DNA of 64,000 bases from Ptychomitrium polyphyllum (lineage: Eukaryota). The position numbers and the translations under genes were made by a program. Numbering within the stretch: the stretch's first letter is position 1; each line of letters opens with the position of its first letter. The notes beneath the pieces were generated by a model. The model saw only the letters and a list, made by a program, of their open reading frames with translations, did no database searches and was not told the DNA's origin. Below, in pieces: positions 27,001 to 40,665 of this stretch. Location of the stretch: the NCBI GenBank assembly GCA_973851085.1, contig OZ316775.1, forward strand, positions 2,294,001 to 2,358,000, read 5' to 3'.

Positions 27001-28640
27001 CACTTGCAAAGCAATCCTGCATAGCATGTACGTGCCACCATGGAAAGATATATGGAAATGACCAGTAGGGTGGTATCTTCTGAGGTCTAGTAATCTAGCT
27101 TTCAAAAATGAACTAAAATGTTGAGTTTGATTTTGGTAAAGAGCAAGCCTCGCAAAATCGTTGTAGTGGACCCGAAGAGTTCCATAAGTGATGAAAAATT
27201 GAATTAGAAGCGGACCCTTGAAGTACCTGTAAGTGAGCGAAGCAGGATACAACATCAACAGGAAGCCCTGCATCCTGTAATATTTCCAAATTTCCCTGGG
27301 CATAACAAGAGCAGAAAATTAACACCAAATTGAGGGGTCACCTGGTGCAGAATAGCGGCGTAGTATGAACATGCCACGCCCTGCTAACTTAGTCACCAGT
27401 AAGCATAATAAAAGTGGAGGAGAAAATATAGAGTTGAGAAAAAAAATTGATGGGAAATTCTTAAGTCGTACCTCCAAGGTAGCAGCTTTGATGGCAATAT
27501 ACTTCAAATTAGGCATAAAATTAAGAAACCGATCCTCAAAATTTTAGCTATGTAAACTTTGCAGTGATGGAATTATGGATGAGTTATTTACTGTGCACGG
27601 ATCGAGCTCTTGGAATGTTGCGGGGAAAGGGTGACCATGCTTCTCCCACTGCTCCTTAGCTTCCTCCAATGCTGATGCCGATAAATCTACACAACATAGA
27701 ACAGAGTGTGTTGCATCAAAGCGTGATTTTCTCTAGGAAGGACTCTACTCTACAGATTTATCGTCTCTTAAAGCTAGGTTTTGAGCCAACACTTTAATAG
27801 TATTGTATAACTATTGACCACATTTCAAGTGTGAAGTCACATTAATCAGAAATTAATGAGGGTAACGATATAGATTTCTACAATAACAAATAAGAACTCT
27901 TAAGTTGAAGATATTGCATTCACTTAATAGGTGGAACGCTAAGAGAGGTACCAATGCCGATGTAGTTTCCAATTCCAGCTTGCGCCCAATTTGCTGTATC
28001 CGTCCCCCGGCCACAGAAGAGGTCACACACCTAATTGGATGAAAGAGGGTTAGATTCGTATATGTGCATGAATTGTGGGCTGCCTTCACTATCAAACACA
28101 ATCTACTTATCAAACCTAAAACCCCTCGAGGGATGTCAAAAACCAAAATTCAGATTGAGGAACATGGTCCCGAGTTCTTGCTGTAAACCTTGGCACGTTC
28201 AGGCTAATTCGCAGGACTCCAGAGCACAAGAAGGCCTATAGATTAATTGACAATGCAGTTCCAGGTTTTAAGGGACACTCGAACTTGAGAATAGGACTAG
28301 ATCTCATCCTTTCATTGAACTCTTTGACATTTATGCAGTCCATTAGGTTGCATACAACGTCGTGAACATCCGTAATATAGCTCCAGTCGTAAACTTACTG
28401 TCAGATTAGGTCGATGCACATGCATGGACAGGTTTAGGAGGACGTAAGAAAGAAGGACTTAAGGAAGATGCTTACGGCGGCGCCAGGAGATACCAGCTGC
28501 TGCAGCATGGCTCGTTTAACAAAAGCATGTAGCCTGCCATGGAGACCAGATGTGCCCCACCCTCCAACCATGGACGACGACCCAAGCGTCATAGGCGCCA
28601 AATTGACTACTCCTCCGCGAACTCCATGAGAATGCACCAT
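24086..28640 (-). CDS. mRNA cap guanine-N7 methyltransferase 2-like protein with long C-terminal extension (>=10 exons)
   Basis: Exons give RLHAFVKRAMLQQLVSPGAA|VCDLFCGRGTD (SAM-binding motif I)|DLSASALEEAKEQW|DVVSCFAHLQ|LLRNVVSLLKPGGYFFGTTPDSSTIW|YKYQK...YTITFEDD|FGSKYQLRF...LVHFPSFIR|LAEEVGLEYVEIQNLTEFYDDY|...|LYSTFIFKK. The last large exon (25104-24086) continues for ~330 aa. The 3' end is uncertain; a further exon may lie at ~23545-23865. Confidence 0.88.
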
Positions 28641-30240
28641 CTCAACTCACATAGCCTTCTTTTAGGGGTTGTCGTTCATCTTCGTTTCACGTTCTCCAGC
28701 CACTGGCCGGGTAGGGTTGGAATTCGTTTTATGCCATGGTGCAAAATAGCAGGGGAAAATATTGGTTGCGGTTCTTCGGTAAAGCGATCAAGCCTAGCAG
28801 CAGAGAAGGCAGACTCGGAAGCAAACAGAGATTCAATGTGGAAGGCCATCAATCTGTGTGTAAACCTGTGTGCGGCCCGAAATCCTCACGTTCAGTCCAA
28901 GTAGGGTTTATGCCGATCGCACACATCGAGCGAGGTGTAGGATGTAATTAAGACACTGATAGATCCCCGATGTGTCCAAAGTATGTTGCAGCTTCTAGCA
29001 CCTTTCCAATTACATCTTCTCTTAGGGTCCTGCCAGTTTCCGGTGTGGCAATTCCATTAAAATTCTCATCGATATCTGTTCCGTGGGGCTCACTATCAAA
29101 CTCCCCGAAGTGATCTTACCATACATCCAAGTGGAGTTCCTGAGGAAGCTAAGCTCAACCGTGTCTGCCTTGTCACTAAAACCTTCAGACCACTACCTTG
29201 ATCCTTCGAGAGCGCTTGAGAGGAACCAAGAAGATTCAGAATACGTATAGAAACGTCCTTCTTCGTGAACAGTGCTGTTACAATCCCACGTTGATCCTTG
29301 TTCGCGCCAAATTATAGACACAAAGTGTGTCTCCTACTTCAGTCGAACTCACGATCAAGCCTCGTTACGTGAAGATTTTACTTTAGCTTTTCCATGAGCT
29401 GGCAAGGGACAGCGAAAGAGGAGTAATCCGTCAAGAAGATCATGGGCTGACGTAAACTTCACCGTTGGTAGCTGTGTACAAAGCGTTAAAGATTTCACGA
29501 CCAAGTCCTGAAACACTCCAAGATTCGCCACACGCAGCTGTCAAACCAAACTCATCGCATGTCCCACACAAACTCACAGCCCCTAAGATGGTTCTTGTAG
29601 GTAAAAAAGCTACTGATCCGAAAGTAAAACCGAAGTTGCAATTGCGAAGTCGGTGCACGCACCTTCGAACGTATCTAATTCGGAGGTACACAAACTAAGC
29701 CAGCCAGAAACACCAAAGAGCCCTCAAGTGATCATGTTGGGACCGAGCTCCCAGCTACGCAGAATCCGACGACGGATATCTCTGCATCCCAACTGTGGAC
29801 ACCCCATACCGAATCCAGAAAGGTCAGCCGGGCAGTATCCTACAACCGAAACTTTCGATCCATCTCAGGATGCTGGAATAAATGTCTGAGCTGCACGCTT
29901 CTAACATCCCTGCACAACCAGCCAAACCCGAGTGAATGCGGAGAGTTCGACGACAGTCCGCCATGCGTGAAGGAAGCGTGAGCAGCAAGCTTCTTGTCCT
30001 CCAGGTCCCGGAGGCGCATTCATTAGGACGGGAGGTGCGGCATCCAGATTCCGGCCTCCATGACCTGCTCATGATCACCCATCGCCGTCTGGCAACGAGC
30101 AGCTACGCCCCACCTAGCCATCCCTCTCTGTACCTCCATCACTGCTGCTCCTCCGCAGCCCACTCTGCTCCATCATCACGCCGTCTTGGCGATGGCGAAT
30201 GCTCGCTCCTCTCACGTACACTCCCATTCCACTCCTCTCT

Positions 30241-30278
30241 ATCATCACCACCATCATCACTACCATCACCACCACCAT
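30241..30278 (+). repeat. Imperfect (CAT/CAC)n trinucleotide microsatellite
   Basis: ATCATCACCACCATCATCACTACCATCACCACCACCAT; explains the poly-His/poly-Pro ORF calls here. Confidence 0.85.
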
Positions 30279-31819
30279 TCCTGCGATGTTGACACTCAAC
30301 CTCCCGTCTCACTCACCTCCACATCTCAGATAACATCTACCAGCACTACCATCTCCCGTCTCCACTTCAACATGAGCTCCACCACAACATCATCACGCCC
30401 TCGTTCCGAATCTCGAATCACCGCTGCAATCTAGTCCATGCTGCATCGAATGTGCATGACAGTGAGATACATCACCAATCCAACACAAGTACTCTCGATC
30501 ACTTCTCCCCTGAGCTGCACCATGCATCATTGTCTCTTCATCAGCAACTGTCTCATGTGTGTGGAAGCAGGATGCTTCGTTCACTGGAATCTACGTACAG
30601 CGGGTAGTGAATCTTGGAGTGCAAAAGTGTCATGGATTTCGACATGCATCGAGTGCCACTGCCGAGTACGAGAGACACACATCGAGCGCACTGCATGCTG
30701 TGCATGCAACGGGCGATCCAATCTGGAGAATCTGAGGGTTGATTCCCTCGCGCGCACTGCCCATCGTCCCGTCGCAGTATTCATACGGTGTGTTATACTT
30801 CCGTGATATCGTATACGTACAGATGCTCGCAGGAATTTCCTGCCTGTCATTCCTTGCCGTCACAGTGATTAATGAGGTCGCAGTAACTATTGTATTACTC
30901 AGTGGGATTGAATACGGTGTAATGCAGGCACTGATTGGTTTTTGGTTATTAAGGTCATGAGTTGTTAAGGACATAGTATTCTTAAGCGGAGGGTGTGGTG
31001 TGGTCACCCTGGAATGAGGGCATTGCAACCTGCTTTATTCCCTTCATGAGATGTGGAACTACATTTGGTAGTTATGAGAGTATTGATGAAGCATTTTATG
31101 CCCAGTGGCTACATATGTATGACTGAGAGAGCGGGAGTAATGTGTTTTTAAGTTGCTAGTGGTTGGAAGTAAGTGGACATTAGTAAATTAGAGCCCCAGA
31201 AGAAATGTGAGAAAGAAATAAAGGTCTTTTGATTGGTTTAGATTAGGAAGTTGTAACCGCATTGAAGGAAGTGAATGGAGTGGGAATGATTATGGCTTGG
31301 AAAGATCTTTTCTATTAGCTTCTTGTTTATTGCACAATGTCTAAACTGAATAATTGGTGTTATAAATACATCCAATGATACATACATTCACTTGTCACAT
31401 GCATTCATTATGAATATTAATTGATTTTTTACAATAATGCAAAAATTAGTTGTTCCATCTAATTATTGAATAATGACACATATTTATTGTTAAAAGGTAC
31501 AACTTGTTTAAATCATATTTATAGCAATTTTTTATTTTTGTTCAAGAAATTATGTTCATTGTAGTTGAAAAATATGTAATACAACATCATTTATATGCAA
31601 GAACCACCTGATATTTATTCAACAAAAGATGATGTTTTAAAAATACTAAAAGGCTATTTTTTTATTTTAATTGTTAAACAAATTTTAGTTCTTTCACATG
31701 TATCATTAAATTGATACATATTGTTTAAGGTATGCACTTTTTCCTTGAGAAAAAAATGCTAGTATATGAAAATTGTTTATAAATTCATCATATCATTTTT
31801 TTAAATGGTTGAGAATCCT

Positions 31820-31884
31820 AATGGATGAAACATTATTGAATTGAAATTGCAAATGAAATGGATGAAACATTATTGAATTGAAAT
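31820..31884 (+). repeat. 28-bp direct duplication
   Basis: AATGGATGAAACATTATTGAATTGAAAT occurs twice, 37 bp apart start to start, in AT-rich DNA. Confidence 0.8.
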
Positions 31885-32838
31885 ATATAATTAGAATTAG
31901 TCATGAATTTTAGAAAAATAATTATATACTATCTAATGTATTAGTTCATTGACTACCTATACAACAATTAATTATCACCACTTCATGAATGCACAACCTT
32001 TCAAATCTCATTCAATAACCAACTTACACCAAGCCTATATCCACCATAGAAAATTAGTCTAAATTTATCTTCTCTTTCTATTTTTACAATTTCATAGTCC
32101 TATTTATAACCAAGATCAACCCATCTCCACTACACACCAAACCTAAAAAGAATTTGATGGTCTATAATAATGCACCCAAAGATTTTTAATATCTTGCATT
32201 AATGGTAATGCACATTAGTTGGTGGGAATGGGTCTCCGGTTGTGGTAATGGAAAATTCTACATTAAGTGATAAGGAGGAAGGTTCATAGATTGAACACAG
32301 AAGCAGTATACTAACAAGGGAAGGATTCCTTCCAAACTATTCATTCAGTGGCAAACCTGCTGAGTAACTACAGTATCCTGCTTGTGTTCAGATGTACGAA
32401 CATCCGGATGGAAAGCACTTACAAGAACTCCACAACATGCAATCGGCATAGCCATTCATGTCATCTCAAAAATGCGGATTAAAATTTCTTAAAGTAAAGG
32501 CGCTGCAGTCTATTGGTAGTGTATGGACGCAAGAAAGACAAAGAACATGGAGGATCTTCCAGTAATGGACGGATGATTTAGTTTTCTAACAGAGATCAAG
32601 TTGCATTACTACAAATAAACAAGGACAAGAATCTACTCCAAGAATCACCACTAAACATTTAATCCCGTCAATGGAGAACCTCGAATATAATCTACTTCCA
32701 CGTCTTCAGCCGATAAACAGATGCTCAAGGCTTCGAGGTGGTACTCTCACCAATTAGTATCAAAAACAATGAAGGACTCTGACCGCATCATAAATCCTTA
32801 GCAGGTACCAGTGTTAAGCTGCAAATGAGAATACTTTC

Positions 32839-34615
32839 TCATCTATTAGACTCCGCAGGCAACGGCCTATTAAATCCACCTGAAATACAACGGCAGCTGT
32901 AGTCAAGATTGGAGGGGTCTACAAAGACATTGCGATGATCATCACACTCAAGAAAAAGCGGTGTGAACTGAGTGTGGTCCAATAGTAAGTTTCTAACACA
33001 GATCAAATGCACAGAAAGTATAATAATGAACAAGATTTCTGGAACAGCTTCAGGTAAGAGCACCAAACTGCACAAGCTTAATCTAATCACTATCACGATT
33101 GCAAATGTATTGTGCAAAAAGGTGTGCTCTAAGAGGATTAGGGTACATGTAAGAGGGGATTACCTCTTCTGTTCATGTACTGACGTGGTGTGCGCTTTGT
33201 CGTGAGCTTAACCGCACTGTGATTAGCATCCCCAACATACTTACCCTGTACCAACAACTCGAGTGTAAGCACCTAAATATTTAAAGTAGAACCATATCCA
33301 GGAAGCAAATAATGTTTGTGAGAACTAAAATCCTGCATGACTGCTAAATTGAAAATAATCTCTATACCCAGTCTCATCAACCTTATAAAATCCAACAAAA
33401 TTCATTTCAAACGTATCCGTCAACAAATTCTGAATGACTACATGCTTCTCAGGGATCCTACTGTACGGCCAATTTTGACAACTGCAACTCATGTCACCTT
33501 CGACTTCGTATACAAATTAGACAAAATACAAGCGCGACTTCACCTTTGTTGTTGTAAACCCAGTAGGTATTCCAAGTTTCTTCATAAGATTCTCATCCTC
33601 GTCCATTGCAGGTGCAGCCGAAAAGTTAGGTTGGGTTTCACTGGCGATTCCATCTACAAATTCGGCGACAATGGCAGCCCGTTGACCATCCAGTCCATGG
33701 CTGCCATCTCTTTTATCTCTCCGTTCGGAACTCCTCTTATCATTCCTATCTCTACTCCTTTCTCTCTCTCTACTTTTGTCTCTATCTCCGCTCTTCTCTC
33801 GGTCAATGCTTCGTTCTCTCTCGCGCCTGGTTTCTCGTCTGTGTGACCGATCATGAGACTGTGAGCGACGATGCCTGTCAACAGGAGACCTGGACCTAGA
33901 ATGCGATCTAAGTCGTCCTTTCTCTCTCTCTCTATGATCTAGTTTTCTGTCGCTCTCCCTCTCCCTCTCCCTTTCCCTCTCCCATTCCCGATCCCTGTCC
34001 CTGTCCCTTCCTCTGTCGCGATCCCTGTCTCGTTCCCTCAGCCTGTCGCGTTCTCTGTCACGGTCACCACCCCGGTCTCGCTCGCGTCTTCGATCCACTG
34101 CCACAGCACAAACATTGTAAAACAAGAGTTTCATATTATATCACAAAACACACCTTCCAGGATGCTTGAAATTACAACTTCATGTCACTCTCAATCCGCC
34201 CAAAAATCCTCCACAAAGCCCTACCACACCCTTTCAGAAACTCTAATAACCAAAAAGATAACGGAAACCCTTCCAAACCCCTAAAACTTACACCAAAACC
34301 CTCAAATGCACGAAACTCCCGTTTCCCGTTCAAAACTCCAGAGCCACACACGCATATAACTCTATAAACTCCTCAAAATCGAAAACACAACAAAATACAG
34401 CACAAACACTCAACAGCAACCGCCCAAGAACGCATCCAAAGCCAAATTTCGACATAACCCTAATACCACAAAACTGGGAAAAAAACTTCGTGGAACGCTC
34501 TCTTTCTTTCTGACCAAAGTTACAGCAGCTGTGAAAACCCAGAAGAGCCTAATCCAACCCTCCGCCCTTGCACATCCACTCGAGCAATAGAAAGGTCCTG
34601 AAACTAACACATACT
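32839..34615 (-). CDS. SNRNP27: U4/U6.U5 tri-snRNP 27 kDa protein-like (~225 aa)
   Basis: RD/RE/RS-rich N-terminus, then [60 protein letters not shown]. Exons 34097-33544, 33245-33164, 32879-32839. The start is inferred as A(34615)|TG across an intron. Confidence 0.9.
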
Positions 34616-36047
34616 TGAACCCAAGCCCCTAGACCTGGCATTGCAACCCCAGCAATTTGTTCGATACAAAAATGAAATCGGGATCGCTTACTCAATTGTG
34701 AAAGAAATACGACGCCGTTGCAGGATCGCTGCACTCTCAGTGGCAGCGTGAGTTCGTGCGCGATGGGGCCGAGCACGAGCGGTGTCGACGTGCAGCCTCG
34801 CAACGACCACACTTCGTCTCTGCACACGGTTATACATGCCCAAGCCTACTCCGGAGCGCGGTGACAGGCTTATGTCCACGGATTTACAGCCGCGGGGTAA
34901 AGCCTCGTCCCGTGGTGTGGTCTAAACTGTGGAAGCATCCCCACCCGGGGCCGGCACCTAGACCGCTACAACATCACTAAGGCCCACATTACACCTTCCC
35001 TATCGTATTTTAAGAATTTCAACAATGTTTTTGTTTGAAATTTTTGTAAGGCTCTACACCTTGGCTTGTCGTTCATGGAAGAAATAATTTGAAGTTGGAT
35101 GAAAAAATTAATTAGTTGTTTTCATGATAGTAATTATTATGAGAATTTCTTTATGTTGGTTACTTTTAATAGGATTGCTTTTGGAAAGCAACTTAAGTGC
35201 TAATCCATAGAAAAAGACTATTTCCATCTTGATAATTTTAATACATTCCCATTTTTTATAATAGATTGTACTTTTTCTTAAAATTCTCATGATTTGAAGC
35301 AAAATTTGGTTTCTTGAGTTCATTGCAATAGAAGGTAGTCTAAGAATGAATGTATGGTATTGATAAAATTCTAGTTGTTATTTCATTATAGTTTTATAAG
35401 AAAGTTCCAAAAAAGTTATTATTTTAAAAAATTTAAGTTTTTGAGATAAAAATATTTTGAAATGCAATATTGATTATACTATTATTTTTAAAACTTTGAA
35501 ATAATTAATGTATACAGTTTCTTACTAAAATCTATTAAACAATATCAAAACATTGTAATTGGAAATTTATGACATTGTAATAAATAACATAAAATAAAAG
35601 GAACTTTTCTTTTTGAATATATAGATTATTAGAGAATGAAAAAAAAAATATCATTGAGCTAAATTTATCATGTATTCTTATTTATTATTAATTAAAATGA
35701 TATATATTTTTATAAAGAATTATTAATTTTTCTAATTTTTTTCAATTGGTTAGGATAAAAGCACTTCAATCTAATTATTTTTTTTGGAAATAAAATCATT
35801 TTCAATAATATATTTATCAAGTAATTTTACAATTGCATGAAAAAGTTAATAGCAGTTTTTAGGAGCATAATCCAACACCGCTATTATAATATAGTATGGG
35901 GCTAAATACTCTATTGTATAAAAATAAAAAAATTCTTGTTATGTTATTTTTCATTGAAGTACAAGGTTATTTTGCTTAAAAATATTATGAACCTCAAATT
36001 TTGGGAGTGAAATCTTAAATTATATACTTATGTTGGCAGATTAAAGT

Positions 36048-36170
36048 ATGCACCCTCGTACCCGCGACCAAATGCACCCCACATACCCGCCAGCAGAATG
36101 CACCATCCATACCCGTCACCAACTGCACCCCCACACCCGTCACCAGCTGCACCATCCACACCCGCCATCC
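36048..36170 (+). repeat. Five degenerate ~24-bp C-rich tandem units
   Basis: Units of the form (A/C)TGCACC..CA(C/T)ACCCG..ACCA at the junction between the AT-rich block and the DHHC gene 5' region. Confidence 0.7.
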
Positions 36171-37734
36171 AAGGAAAGCCGACATGTCCGGAAGGGTGTG
36201 CGGGGGTCATACCCGGCGGGTATGGTGGCGCAGAGTGGGGAAGGCTGCGCAAATCGGAGCAGAGGGGCCATGGGGGGAAGCAGGGCCGCAGCGCCGGAGG
36301 CCAGTGTTGCGGTGTTTGCAACAACTTCGCCGTCTTTCGGTTCGCACAAGTTGTTTCTCTTCAGGTGAGCACGATCATCTCATCTCGCAAGTCGTGAGCC
36401 CCATTCTTATGCAGTGTAAGTTCAGCTGCTGGCTTGCTGGCGTCGGTAGGGTTTGCAGGGTTTTGTGGCGTATCGCATGCTGTGCTCGGGGATCCCGCTT
36501 GGTTTAGATGGTTTTGGATTGTGGAGCCGGTCTTACTTATTTGGGGTGGGAAGTCGAGCTTTGAGACCATCGTCTGTGGGTACCGGCAGGGGATGGGATC
36601 GCGAGGTGAAGTGAGTTGCTAGGTGGCATTGCGGGTGTCATGTTTCTGTGAGGTGGGTGTTGAGTGGTGATTTGTATGAGCGTTGGATGGAAGGAGGTGT
36701 GATGGCAATCGTGTATGTCGTGTCTGCATTCGGGGTTTAGGAGAATGTACTGTGGTTGTGACGCCAGGTCGGGTGGTCTGTTTAGTGGAGGATTTGGCAG
36801 GGAGGGGCAGGGCTCACTGCTGTAGAGGATGAAGTTAGGCTTCGGTTGTGATGGTTTTTTCGTCTGTAGATTGAAGGTGAGTGGAAGTGGGTGATTTCTG
36901 AAGATCGAGAAAGATGTGGACAATTTTCTTCACATGATCTTTTTGAGGTAGCTGGATGGTGGGACGTAGATTGTTGATATTATGGCCTTAGAAATAGTTC
37001 CGAGGTCGCGATCGGAGTTGCACGTACGAATCTAGGTTTTACTTGCGTTCGGAAGTTTGCACATTCCGCAAAGGCTGTTATCACCATTAGTGGGATTGGT
37101 GCTTTTCTAAAAGGATGTGCAGGAATTCAGTGTGAACCCTCAACTTTTATGTCGCTTTGGCTGCACACTTTTGTATTAACCCTTTTTAGTCAGAGGATGT
37201 CTTAAAGGTTACCGTTTTATGGAAATTCGATGATTCTCTGTTGTTTAGGTTTGGCAGAGTTTCTGCAGAGTTGATTGTAACATGCTCTAATGCAAGAGTG
37301 CGTCATGCGAAGAGGGCTCAACTGATGGAGTTGAGTCTTTTCCTGTGTCTGCAGTCGCTTCCTTTGAAGCTTATCACCGTCAGCTGCATCACGAAATTGC
37401 GTCAACACGACTGAAATTCATTTAGAGAGACTCATGCCAGCATCAGATAGTTTGGTTGAAAGGCACAAACATGTTGCTCAAGTCATAATTATGAAGGTCG
37501 AAGGATTGACCAGAACATAGCAGCTAGTGGCAGCTCTGGTAGACTCTATGAGATAGCATTTCTATGTTTGGTTGGTTGGAGCTCAAGTATGAGCTCGGCC
37601 CCTTTCGTCTAATTACTGAATACAAGAAACTTCATACCTTCTTGTACACTGGATGAAGATTCACCGCCTGCTTACATATTTTGGAGATAGTGACTTTATT
37701 GCAATAGGAGAATTGCTGCAGCTGTGGGCACTCA

Positions 37735-40665
37735 ATGAAGATCACTCCACATGGGAATGCTGAGTTCGTCGCATTCAACAGTACGAGTCAGAAAGCGTGT
37801 GGGAGTTCTGAAGCTATGGGTTTCTGGAGATTTATTTCGGTGCCCGTGGTCGTTGTCCTGCTCATCATAGGTTTTGTGTACCATACGGTAGTTGTGCTCG
37901 TCATTCAACCCTGGTTGAATATAAGTACAACGTCTGGGTTTGCGAATGTAGCACTCTTGACCGTCTTGTGCACTATGGCTTTGCTCTCATACACGTTAGC
38001 AGTGGTACGCGATCCTGGATATATTCCATCATCCTATCTACCGGATGTGGAGGACGAAGGAGTTGCACTACAGGAAGTCAAGCGCAAGGTCTTTCCGGTG
38101 CCTTTCTTTACTTTTTCACAAGTCAAATCTGTCTCATCTCTGTTAGTGCTTCTAAAAGTGGCCAGCTACTTGGATGTTAATCTATTTTTTATACAACAGA
38201 GCTCTGGGATTCTTACCATGTATTATAACTTGAAGGATCTGATGAAGGCTGTGAAGTGTAGCGCTAGTTTATATGGATCAAGGTTCTGTTTAGATGCTTT
38301 TGTAGGTTAGATTACAAAGTTGGAAATAGGATGTGCCTTGAGATGAGAATTGGTGTGTTGTTTCCTAATAGTTGGACACAGGTTTGGATGTTTAAGTTAC
38401 TCTCTGGAATCAGTAGGAGTAGTAATGTTTAGTGCTCCTAGATGTGCCACGGGCACAATGGACCTATAATTGGTGTATGGATAATACAGTGAGGAGTACC
38501 TTTCAGAATATCGAGTCTTTTAACGTATTACTGAACTGCCTGTGGGGAAGGTAGAGTAAGTAGCATGTTTAGTTTATGAAGGGAATTAACCACTTTGACC
38601 TAGGTGATCATAGAGTGGTGTCTTAAGCAGAGACAGCAGTTAGTTTGGTAAATGATATTTTTGTGTGACATTCATCGCAGGGTGGAGATAGATATTGCCA
38701 AAAGTGTGAACAATATAAGCCTCCTCGAGCTCACCATTGCCGAGTTTGCAAACGATGTGTGCTTCGTATGGTAATACTAATGCTCTATTCTCTTAATGGC
38801 TGTATAGCTGTCAATCCTCGTTTTAACGGTGCTTACAAATAGAGACGTGTTCTTAAGCAAGTGAACACTTCACTTTTGCGAATTCAGATTTGGGATTGCT
38901 ATTCTCGACCTGTGTAATTTGTACGGACTGCATTCTATGCATCCTACGCCATCTGGTGCAAAATGTTTTTATAAAGCTCGTGTACATTATGTTGCATATT
39001 CCTCGTTGTGCTTGTATTACAGCACGTAATCAGATAAGCACAATGTATCCTTCGAGAGGCTCTTAATGTATTGCGATTTTCTTCGTCCTCACAACGTTGA
39101 ATGTGGGCTATGGTTTTTAATACTGAAGGGGAGGTATGGTGTGAATAATCTCTTCACATGTTGTTGGACAGGATCACCATTGCGTATGGATTAACAACTG
39201 TGTAGGCCACAACAATTACAAAGCCTTCTTCCTCTTCGTCCTGTATGTAGTTGGTGCAAGTTTACAATCTATGGTACTATTCCACCCTTTCTTTTCCAGT
39301 TGGACTTTTTGATGCAACCTGATTTAGTCGTTAGAAGATTTTATTGTCTATATTACGTGAAATAAGAATTGTAACACTGAAGGACTACGACTTTTGTCTC
39401 TTTGTGATGAAGGTCCTGTTAGGAACTCACTTTATTCACACTTTAGGAGAAGAGGTGCCAGAGGATATGGATGGAAAGACGTTGAGTGCATCTGTTGCCT
39501 CTTCAGCACTTACGAGGGTAAGTTCATGTGTCTTATTGTGTTCATGACATGAGGCTTATTTTTTTTATGAATCATTTCCAAGTACTGTTCGTCATTAACT
39601 TAGTTGCATCCTTAGTAGCAATTAAGTAAATTTTTTCTCTCTCAAGGTTTTATGACCTCCAGGACAATGCTCGGCTGCTATCGACCAGAACAGGTTTCGT
39701 GTCTTGACTCATATACTGTAATCAAAATTCTATTCCATAGAACCTAATTTTGACTTTAAAACTTGAATTCTGTATGCAGGTGATTTGTGCGATTATTTTG
39801 GTGCCTGTATTGATTGCAGTAGGGGTCTTAATGACGTGGCACTTCCTTCTACTCTTGCACAACAAGACTACTATTGAGGTCTTAATTTCAAAGGCTTCCA
39901 TGCGTCTTTTAGTTTATTGAGAGTTTTCACAGTTTTTTTGCAAAATAGCTCTGCAGAGCTCATTGATACCCATTGAATAAGACAGCAGTATTATCTAGTA
40001 TAGAGTCTTATTTAATTATTGCAAATTTGATTGAAGTTGTTGACGAATTTGATAACCTGTTCGATATGTATGAATGTGGATCACCTATCTGAGGTGGTTC
40101 GTTGTACTGGCAGTATCATGAAGGTGTACGGGCTAAATGGCTTGCAGAGAAGGCTGGGCATTGTTATCGTCATCCATATGATGTTGGCATCTACACCAAT
40201 TTATTGACTGTAAGTTTTTTTCTGTTTTTTCCACTTAAAGATGGATTGTTCGCTGCCGTGTTCGCTTTGCTACGAATCTCTTATTGATTTTTCCATCTTG
40301 TTTGCTTGTGAGGATGCTGTGAAACTGCACCGTTTTATTTCAGAGTCTTGTAGTATTTGAATTGCTGTTGGCGTGCCGTTTGTGAAGAGAAGCTGATTGT
40401 TTGCTGCAGTTGTCTGTGGTATGATGGACTCGACCGCACTGTTGTTTGCTTATTTGCAATTAGTCAATCGCAGGATATGAAATTCCTTCTCCTAAAACAG
40501 ATCATTGTTTGTTATGATGCGAGGTAGTGATTATCTTGTATACTTCTATTTGTGCAGGCTTTGGGACCTAGTATTACCTGCTGGTTCTGTCCAACAGCAA
40601 CTGGTCACCTGGGCCCTGGTTTACGGTTTCACACATTTAGTGATGATATTCTAGAAATGGAGTAA
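37735..40665 (+). CDS. DHHC-type protein S-acyltransferase (PAT), 7 coding exons, ~290-317 aa
   Basis: Exons 37735(or 37816)-38088, 38681-38770, 39172-39273, 39413-39517, 39780-39878, 40114-40209, 40558-40665. Motifs [53 protein letters not shown] and HPYDVG; four hydrophobic helices. Probable 5'UTR exon ending at 36364 (CAG|GTGAGC). Confidence 0.95.

Noticed and set aside
30186..30434. Poly-His ORF suggesting a metal-binding peptide
   Set aside because: Explained by a CAT/CAC microsatellite; no other coding signal or recognisable family.
13151..40665. CoA-themed cluster (acyl-CoA ligase, ATP-citrate lyase, S-acyltransferase) as a biosynthetic gene cluster
   Set aside because: ACLA and DHHC are housekeeping genes, interspersed with unrelated RNA-processing genes. 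No PKS, P450 or other signature enzyme is present.
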